Origin: Cycas panzhihuaensis
Taxonomy: Eukaryota > Plantae > Cycadophyta
Length of the DNA stretch: 64,000 nt
Assembly (NCBI GenBank): GCA_023213395.1
Contig: CM041465.1
Span: 180,117,741 to 180,181,740 of the forward strand
Direction of reading: 5' to 3'
The notes under the pieces are model-generated. The model made no database searches, was not told the origin of the DNA, and saw nothing but the letters and a program-made list of their open reading frames with translations. Both the position numbers and the translations under genes were made by a program. Of the stretch, positions 54,201 through 64,000 are shown piece by piece; within the stretch, counting starts at the first letter, position 1; every line of letters begins with the position of its first letter.

Positions 54201-57200
54201 TTTATTTGATAGGAATCATTCTCTACGTTACTTGACCTCATAAATGCATCTATTTCTCTTGATGAATAGGCGCCCATATACCATATGTAGCCTAAACATG
54301 AGATTTATGCTCAGATATTTAGGTAACCAAGGTATTAATTCCATAGTTGGTCCTTAATCTTTGTTGGAGGTGGTTTTTCTTCAAAGTATGAGCATTCACC
54401 TTAATCTTGGTCAAGGGGTAGGTCTTCAACTATGATTGCCTTTTCCTTCTCAATGTGATTGTTATGTACCATAGAATAGGATTCTTATGGTGGAATAGTG
54501 GAGAGAGGAACCACATCAAGTTTGTATAGGCCACTATCCTTATGTCCGGTTGCAATGAGTTATCTAGTAGCATGCTCTATGATTATGTAGATGCCTTGAC
54601 TGAAAAGGACATCCAAGTTTTCTTCTCAATTTAGTTGACAGAGAGTAAGTTTATCTTCATGTCTAAAACTAGGAAAATATTATTTATGCACTATTAAATT
54701 TTAGAGTCCTTTAATACAATGGGAGCCCTTCTAATTTTAGTCATATCATAGGTGAGGTTGTCTCCAAATGTAATGATTTGAGCTCAAATTAGATAAGTCT
54801 CCTCCAGCAAGTCTTTCGTGTCAGTCATGTGATGTGTGTTACCAAAATTTAATAACCAAGAATTGTCATAATGTTGAGATGATAAAGTTACAAAAATATA
54901 ATTTAAGAGGAGGGTTGAGAATTAGCCATATTGCCTCCTTCTTTGTATATTCTAGTTGTTCCTTGAGTTTCTTAGTTAGAACCTTTACTGTTTAGTTGGT
55001 GCTAGTTCTAGTTTTACCTCGATTCCAATTATGTTCAAGTATTGACCCGATTATTAAAAAGTTGGTCCTCTTTATTTAAAGTAAAGGCCTTTTGTTAAAA
55101 GTTAGGGCCACCTTACTGAAAGTTGGGCCCACATGGTTGTCCCCTTGGTTTTGAAACATCTAAAAATCAACTTGTCTTCTCCTATAGTGAACATCAAGGT
55201 GTCTATTTTTTCTATAATATATGCAGTGACATTTTTTTATGTTATTAGTTTCTTAGTGGTTGAGATTGATGTGGTTATTATGGTTGTCGAGGTTATTGAG
55301 ATAGTTAAAAGGAAGTGTTAACTGTTGAGATTATGGTTGTTAGTGTGTTGGATATTAACTTGGCTATTGTGAGATATCCAAAGAGTTAAATTGATGAGAA
55401 ATGGTTTACTAATAACTTATCTCGAGTTGGCTATTGACATGGTTTATTCCTTTGAGTTCCCGACTACAAATTTAAGGCCAAAGTTGAAGGTAGATGCTAA
55501 TCCTTAGCAATTGATAGTGTTCTCCTCCCTGAGCAAGAGTCCTATAAAAATATTGAGTTCATTTTGGTAAAGGTATTGTAGAGTCTAGATATAAAGCTAT
55601 TATATTCTATAGGAAGGATGTTGAAGATGTTAGACACAAGGTCATGATCATACGGAGGTTCACCAAGGATAATAAGTTAATTTCTTATTATTTTAATTTT
55701 AGTTAGGTGGGCTATAATGGTTCAAGTAAAGAGTATACGAAAGAGACATGCCTTTAAGATTAGAGACCTAGAGTCATCCCGCCTCTTATAAAGGGCACAA
55801 ATTATACTCCAAACTTTATAAGAGATGTGGGATGTTTTAATATTTTTGTCCATCCGGTATTCTACAACCAAGTTGAGGAATGAGAAAGTAATATTATCCT
55901 TAGTTTTGAAATTGGCTAAGGCAACTAGATCTAGTAGAATTTCAATGGTGGGATCATTTGGTTCCTTAGTAAGTTTGGGTAAAGGTATGTCACCATTGAC
56001 ATAAGCTTAATAATCATTCATAATAAGAAGATTTTTAACTTATTTCTTTTAAGCTAAAAAGTTAATTATACCACTATGTTTGATGGTGTTAGATAAAAGC
56101 ATTAGGCTTGCCATTTTAGTATGTCATTTAGTGTGGCTTTTAATGCCTTTTAGTGTCTTTTTGTATACTTTTTGTGACCTATCTACCTAGTGGGACTACT
56201 AAACTAGCATGCTAAATTTAGAGATCTCCAAGAAGCCCCCAATTACTATTCTGTCTAATGGCACCTACCTATAAATGGTAAATCAAGGACCCTATATATT
56301 GGTACATAAGCTCTAAGCTCTGTATACCTCAATATGTAGGCTGTTAAGAATGTCAAAGACCCCCCAGACTTATTGATCCACCTACATCAAACTTATGTCT
56401 AGTAACAGATCTAGTTGAGAACTACTAACTAAGGTACTCGTGCCCTCTAGATCTAGCCTAGTCTTTAACTTCCAAGGTAAGGTTTATACCTTATCTTACT
56501 ACTTAATATAATTTATAGCCAATGATCTTCTTTAATATCCATAGAATTTGAAAAGAACCAATGATGTGCGTGAAGTGGTAACTTTAGAGATCTTAATCGT
56601 TCCCCTTACAAGGCGGTAAAGTTTTTTATAGATTGAGAGTTATCTTTCTTAATGTTTTGAATTGAAATTAATTTTAAAATATAATCTTATTTATAAAGAG
56701 GATTTATTTTATAAAATAAAAACAAGGAGATTAAAAAGAAAACAACTTAAAAGAAATAAGAGGTTTAGGATGCTCTTTTAATAGACTTTGTTCCAAGTGA
56801 AGATCAACCTCATTTACACAAGAAGGACACCTACAACCAAAAACATAAACACTTGTTAGCCAAAAATAAGATAGGATAGCATATAAAAGATATATTAATA
56901 ACATTCAATAGCTAGATTCTATGCAAAAAAAAAAAATAAGACCTTCAATTTATTAAGATAAGTATTATTGTAGCCTAAACAAAAGTGTCAACTTTAACTA
57001 CTAAGAATGTTGGCTTTGAGGTATAGGCGAGAGGATTACAGGTAAGTATACATCATTTTGAAGTGAAAAATACTTTTAAAATTTAAGATGAAATTGTTAA
57101 AAATACCACGGAGGTATTTCCCACCTATATATAGATAAATTTGCGGAGGTGGTAAGCATCTCAACGACTAATATTTAAAATTTAAAAATATATTAACATA

Positions 57201-60200
57201 TTAAATAATTAATTGAATAACTTACCTATGGTGGTTGTGTCGACTCTTTGTTGGCTCTTGGTGGCTATTTGTGATGCTAGGTAGCCCAAGGTATCCTAGG
57301 GACTCTCAAGGTGGCATTGAGAGGCCTAAGGTATACACATGCATTAGCAAATTAGACATTATCCCAACACTCTCCCCCATAATGGATAATGTGAAGAACC
57401 CCCAACTTGTCTCTAAATTTCTGAACTTTGATTTTATCCAATGCTTTCGTGAAGATGTCTCTTTAGTCTTCAATGTTATAATATGCCAATTCAATTTCTC
57501 CTACTTGTACTAGCTCTCGAATAAAGTAATGTTGCATCTGAATATATTTCATTACATCATGGAAAACTAGGTTCTTTGCCATCTATATTATATTGTAATT
57601 GTCATACCAAATTCTTGTAGGCTTTTTCTATTTTAGTTTAAATTCTTGCAATAGTCTTCTCAACCACACTATTTCATATGTGCTAGCGATTTGCTACTTT
57701 ATATTATGTTTTGGTTGTAGATAAAGAGACCGTATTTTGTTTCTTAGTGCTCTAAACTATAAGCGCCGGACCCATCTTTGAAAATGTAACCTAAAGTTGA
57801 TTTTCTATCATCAATGTTACCGCCTAATCTAAATCAGATAGTTTTCAACTAGAAATTTGATAAAGCTTTATAATATAGCCCATATTCTAAAAGCGTCTTT
57901 AAGATAACGAAGAATTCTTTTCGGCTACTTACTAATGAGCGATCTTTAGGTCTTGGGTCTTGCATAAATCTAGATACAACATTAATTTAATGCGTTATGT
58001 CCGGTTGAGTAGATATTAAGTAGATCAAACTACTAATTAATTGTCTATAGAGTGTAGGATCAATAAGTGTAGAGTCATTTGATTTAGAAAGCTTAATTCA
58101 TGTTTTTGATAGAGTTGCTAATTATTTATAGTCGGTCATTATGAACTTTTGTAGTAGTTATAGGGTATATTTCATTTGGGAGATAAAAATGCCATTCTTA
58201 TCATGCCATACCTCCAAATCTAAGAAGTAATGCATTAATTCAAAATCTATCATTTCAAATTCTTTATACATGGCTTCCTTAAAGTTTTTCAAAAGATGGG
58301 AGTCATTTCCGTGTAGATAAGATCATCTACATAGAGTCTCATAATTAGGATAAAATCTCCTTTGATTTTGATATAGAGATTTGGGTCTGATTGAGATCTT
58401 TCAAAGCCTTGATATCTAAAATATTTATTAATTTGGAAATACCAAGCCCTCGGTGCTTGTTTCAAACCATAAAATGCCTTTTGAGTTTATACATTTTGTT
58501 TTCCTCCCCTTGACTTTAAAACCAAGGGGTTGAGAGATATATATATCCTCTTCAATATAACCATTGAGGAAAACACTTTTGACATCCATTTCATAAACTT
58601 TCCATCATATTTGAGTAGTTAAACTTATTATTAAACAAATTATTTCCATTTGAGCAACAAAAGCAAATGTTTCATTGTAATTAATGCCTTCTCTTTAGGC
58701 ATAACCTTTGACAATTAATTTATCTTTGTATTTATCAATTAATCCATCGAGTGAAACTTGGTTTTATAGATCCACTTAGTGCCAATTACTCTTTTATTGG
58801 GAGGTAAGTTAACCAATTCGTAAGTGTCATTTTTAACAATGGAGTAATATTCCTTTTCCATTGCTTTTCTCCAAGAAGTATATGTCTTGGCCTTATCAAA
58901 GGTTTGAGGCTCATGGGACTCCAAAACTTTGCTCATGAGGAAAAGTTTATCTATATGAGCGAGTGGATCTTCGATTGTTATCCAAAATATTGCCTATATC
59001 ATAGTTCCTTTGAATCCATTTTGGAAGATTTTATGGTGGAGGTTGAGAGGAGGTTCCTCCTACTTGGTTCATTGATAACTCATCTAGAGTCAAACATAAG
59101 AGGCACATATTTTGATTTGATAGACTTGCCAAAATTGATTATTACTTCTTTTCTCTTTTCTTGATTATCATGATAATAAGCATCTTCCTAAAATTTGATA
59201 TCTCTACTCAACGTGACCTTGTTTGACTTAGAATCATAAACTTTGTATGATTTAGAAGTTTCACTATAGCCAAGAAATATGCACTTGATACTATGGTCAT
59301 CTAACTTAGATGTCCTTTGGATAAGAACATATGCATAGGCTAGGCACCCAAAGACTCTTAAGTGATGTATGTTTGGCTTATAGCCTATCCAAGCTTCTTG
59401 AGATGTTTTCTACCTTAGGGCTTTGGTAGAGTACCTATTGAGGAGATAAATAGATATATGGACTGCTTCTACCGAAAACTCATGGCCCAAGTTTTTATCC
59501 TTGAGATATACCTTGCTATTTCTACAATGGTGCAATTTTTTCTTTCTACTATACCATTTTATTGTGCGGTGTAGAGATTAGCGAGCTACCTTCCGATCCC
59601 ATGATATATATAATATGCCTTAAATTCATTGGAGATAAATTCTCCATCATTATTAAATCTTAGAGAGAGAAGTCTATGCCTACTTTGTCACTCTACAAAG
59701 GTTTTGAAGTCAACAAAGTGTTGAAATGCATTTGATTTAAACTTAAAAAGAATACTCATGTCTTCCTAGTGTAGTCATCAATGAATGTAATGAAATAGTA
59801 TACACCTGCTAATAAGGCGATAGCCATAGGGCCATAGATATTTGTATAGACTAGTTGAAGTGGACCATTTGCACGATAATTAAAATCTAGAAAGCTTTCC
59901 TATGTTGTTTACTAAGTAAGCATCACTCACATATGGTTTTATCCACTTCAATGTTAGATAAACCATTAACCATGTCTATTCTTTTCATTAGGGCCAAACT
60001 ACTATAGTTGAGGTATCTAAATCTCCTATGCCATAAGTCACTATCTAATTTAACTATAGTTCTTAAGGCATAGGTATTCGATAAAGTAAGGACAAGTTTA
60101 AATAGCCTATCTTTTGTTATTTTGTCTTTTGCAATAATTGTCTTATTTTTCCTCTTATCTTTAATTACATACTCGCCATTGTCAAAGACGACCTTATAAT

Positions 60201-63200
60201 CCTAACCTATTATCGCCCTACTAATAAAAGATTTTTCTTTAAGGCAGAATATACAATATATGATCAAGGTGTCTATACTCTTTTATATTTGTCATGAGAG
60301 CTCATTGCCTCTACCAACTAATTCATGAGATGTATCATCTCTAAACATTATTGAACCTCTTTTGCTTTTATCCAAGGTATAGAATTGATGCTTCTTATAA
60401 GTCATGTGTGTGGAGTGACCTAAGTCAATATACCAACTATCGTCTTCTTCTTCTTTAGTATTATAACTAAATAAGAAAAGTCTATTATTATCCCTTGTCT
60501 CTATTATGGTATTTCCACTCCATTTAGTGGGTGGTCTATGTTTTAAAAATATTTATCTTTTATGTGACTACTACGATGAAAATAGCGTAGTATAAGGTCT
60601 CTCTTCTCCCATAGCTTAGACTTCGACTTACGTGGATGCGTTCTTTCAATGTAGGAAGGTCTCATTCTTTCTCCAAAATGTGGAACTAGATTTTCCCTTT
60701 GTTTATTGTCATAATAGTCTGATTTGATCTTGTCGCTTGAACATTTCACAGGTAATTAGGGCAATATGAATGTGTCTCGAGTTGTTTCTTCTAATTTAGA
60801 TAATTAGGAGGATTAATATTTCACTAGTTTGCTCCTTGTCTCCTTTGATGATGAGCTTGATATTAAGGTGGATCTTGTTGCAAATCCCTTCTAAGATTTC
60901 TCTCTTCTCTTGAGGGTGATTCTCTCGATTTTGATGTACCGCTTGAGAATGAGATTGAATTCTAGCCTTGGTAGCAAAAGCATGCTTAAGGGATTTATTT
61001 ACATTTGTTGTTCCTCGATCGGCATCAATATGGCACTTAGTTATTCTATCTTCAATGCGCTTAGATCTTTAGAAACCCATATGCTTATTACTACCATTTT
61101 AAACCTTCTTACAAAGACCTACACATCTTAATATTCTTTCTATTACTCTTTGCTCACAATGTATCTCTAAGTGATCTCATCTAGTTTACTATGTCTTGGA
61201 CCTTAGTCATGAATTTTATTCTGATTACATTGGCATCATTTGTAAGTTTTCAAAATTACTCCTTAAGTTTTGAAGCTTAAATGATGTAACTCATTCATAA
61301 ATTAATTGTAAGGTACCCCATGCTTCTTTTGACTTAGTTGACTCATTAACCCGTGAAAAATATGATCTTCTAATATCTGAGAATATAAGGGTAAGAGCTT
61401 CATTGTCCTTTTAACATTTTCTTTATAAGTTACCTTTTCAACGTCGATGGCATTATGGCCTAATTCAATGTAGTCTATTTTCACAATCTTCTATATGTCA
61501 TTAGAAATGAGGATGGGTCTCATTCTCTTACTCTAATTTAGAAAATTGTTACTATCAAATTTAGGGATTATCATGTTTCCAAAGTTTGATACCATCTCTT
61601 AGTTAAAGTTTTAAAACTATAGATAAAGTAAGGTTTTTAAAGGTTTGATTTTAAAATTAATCGAAGAAGTATTGTTTAAAGTTTTACCCAAGGTTTTGCA
61701 AATGTCCTTGTCCCTAATAAGGTTTCTAGGCTCTAAGTTTAAGGGTCTCTAAGGAAAACCTTCGATTGTTATTCTGTCTAGTAGCATCTACCTACAAGTG
61801 GCAAAACAAGGACCCAATATACCAATATGTGAGCTCAATGCTTAGTATACCTCAATATGTGGGTCACTACAAAGGTTGTTACACCCCCTATATTATTGGT
61901 TCACCTGAACTAGACTTATGCTTAAGCAGCGGATCTAGCAGTGAATGTTTAACTAACCAAAGCAATCACCCTCTCCAGGTCTAGCCTTGGTCTTTGAATT
62001 CCAATAAAGATTCATCTCCACCTCAACCTCGCCATCTAATATACCTTATAGACAATGACTTTCCTCATCCAATATGAGTAGGCCAATTGGCATGTGCGTG
62101 GTAGTAACTCTAGGGTTCTTAACTATTCCCCTTACAAGGTTAGAAAAGATGTGGTTAATTTGGGAATTATCTTTCTTAATGTGCGAGTAAATTTTAATTG
62201 AATGTAGTCTTGCTTAATCTCTCTAGGATTCTTTTATTCAATAAATGAAATAAAATGAAACAAAATAAATCTTTAAGTAAGATGAAATATATATCTCAAA
62301 TAAAAATATGATATAAAACTTTATAAAGTTACAATAAACACAAGTAAAAGAATCAAGATACTTTTCTTCCTTTAATGAACTAAGAAATAAATGCTAATGT
62401 GCAATCTAATATTCTTGAGTTGAGATGCTCTTATAGGAATGAAATAAGAGAATGTATACACTTGTTTAAAGTAATGTACTAACTAATGGAATCCTTAATC
62501 TTTGGAATGTATAAATAAACTTTGAAATAAAAGCGATCAATAAACCTTATAATTATGCTTTTGCAAATTTTAAGCTAAATAACAAATAAATCTTTTTAAT
62601 AAACAGTAAAGTAACTCCTTCACTAATATGCCACTTAATGTTGAAAGATAATGATAGTGTAATTTAAGTGCCAAATAGTACCTTTATAAGAATGAAAATA
62701 AAATAGGTGAATCCTACAATTTTTTAGAAGAAACTATGCTTGAAATGATTAGTAGTACTAAGAAATAATCTATATTTATTGATAATATAAGGAATAAAAT
62801 AAAAATCAAGATAAATAGTACTTATTTGATGTATTACTACACTTAGACTTTTTAATGCTTATGAAGTCGAAAATTTATGTTAGTGGCTACAAATAGCTTA
62901 TAATCTATATGGAAAATCAATAAATAACTCCAAAAAATTGATTACCAGCAGATTATGCTCAAATAGGGTTAATTGAAATGAAGAAATACTAAAAAATATT
63001 ACTAAATAAGCATGTTTAGTGTTGAACTAGAGCCTAAAATTGAGCAGCTTCAAAGTCCTACAAAATGATGTCAAAATAAGATAAGATTGATTCTAATGTG
63101 AATAACTAAAACAACTTTCTGACAATTCTTATGGTTTTGAAATCGAGATAAAATGATCAAGTTATTGCAAAATGATAAGCAGGCCTTTTTAAGGCTAGTG

Positions 63201-64000
63201 AAATAAATGTTAAAAAAGTGTTGACTTTGGTTGATTAAAACACAACTAAAAGATACAATGAAATACAGTTCCAATAACACTAGTTTCCTTTGAAATCGAT
63301 ACTCCACAAGAAAGTTACTTTGTGAAAAGTACAAGAATCCCTCTTTAAGTATAAACAAAATGAAATTTAAAAAAAATGAATAAGCCCCTTTTCGTATGAG
63401 GAGCACGATCGCATGGAGATCAGTATGGTCCTTGGTTTAGTCTTAACTGCGAAACTCAAATGATTATCCAAACTAATTTATAGTCTTAAAATAAAAAAAT
63501 ATAAAAATCAATTAAGTGTAATTTGAAATCCACTCCTCAATGAAGCCAAATACTAAAATCACGTGGATTGAGGAGACTGGGGGCTCAATGCAAGGGGCTA
63601 ATCTCCTTTTCAAATGATGGACTCAAAATATTATCAATAATAATTAATTTTTATACACTATATCAAATAAACATAAAATATAGTATGTTAAAAGTTGATT
63701 TGAATAAATCGACACCATTACGACACATGCAACATCTCTCAAGATCAACAAAGGCCAAAAATACAATTATTTGGATCGATTCCAAATGCAGAGAGGAGGG
63801 ATTCGATCCTTTAGCCAAATTGATCAAGAACAATCGAACGAATGAAGAATATGTGTGTGTCTATGTCCGTGTCTATGTCTATATGTGTCTCGTGTGTGAA
63901 TGAGAAGTACGATGTGAACAAGAATGGAGAGAACAAAGGTGAAGACAAAGGCTAAAAACTAGATAGATCTTGATCCGAGGATCAATTTGATGTTGCGAGA
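51241..64000 (-). mobile_element. Copia A', duplicate of A (3' LTR 51241-51616; gag ATG at ~56114; extends past the window)
   Basis: Homologous to 502-5802 and retains a 459-bp gag segment that copy 1 has lost. Confidence 0.92.
57008..64000 (-). mobile_element. Copia B', duplicate of B (3' LTR 57008-57369; gag ATG at ~61595; extends past the window)
   Basis: Homologous to 5803-6313 plus 13842-20815, with the same AAGAA flank. Confidence 0.92.

Larger units (their letters stand above)
50738..64000 (+). repeat. Segmental (tandem) duplicate of ~1-20815
   Basis: Colinear with the window start (ORF 923 corresponds to 51659, offset 50736). It has the same A and B insertion junctions and lacks copia C. 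Confidence 0.97.

Overview
This is very AT-rich, CpG-depleted plant nuclear DNA, essentially a retrotransposon graveyard with no intact protein-coding gene that I can recognise. (1) Three nested, decayed Ty1/copia elements, each with both LTRs and a 5-bp TSD: A at 502-23357 (-) contains B at 5803-21906 (-), which contains C at 6314-13836 (+). (2) Element A splits an unknown decayed, possibly spliced ORF whose frame rejoins across the insertion. (3) A decayed retroelement-like region (24.1-28.0 kb and 38.8-39.5 kb) has an RNase H remnant and a satellite apparently built on an RNase H motif. (4) A non-autonomous three-LTR tandem element (28005-38771) carries a full-length RNase H-encoding L1 LINE (30319-36485, ~19-bp TSD) in its middle LTR. 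(5) There are small MITE-like elements and one CpG-rich island (46.6-48.7 kb). (6) From 50738 onward the window repeats its own start (offset ~50.7 kb), without copia C and without the long (TA)n run. The most unusual signal is a ~400-nt non-coding block upstream of gag that is shared by two copia families with unrelated LTRs and keeps its hairpins despite sequence change. Domain calls come from motif recognition by eye; internal ORF boundaries and divergence values are approximate.
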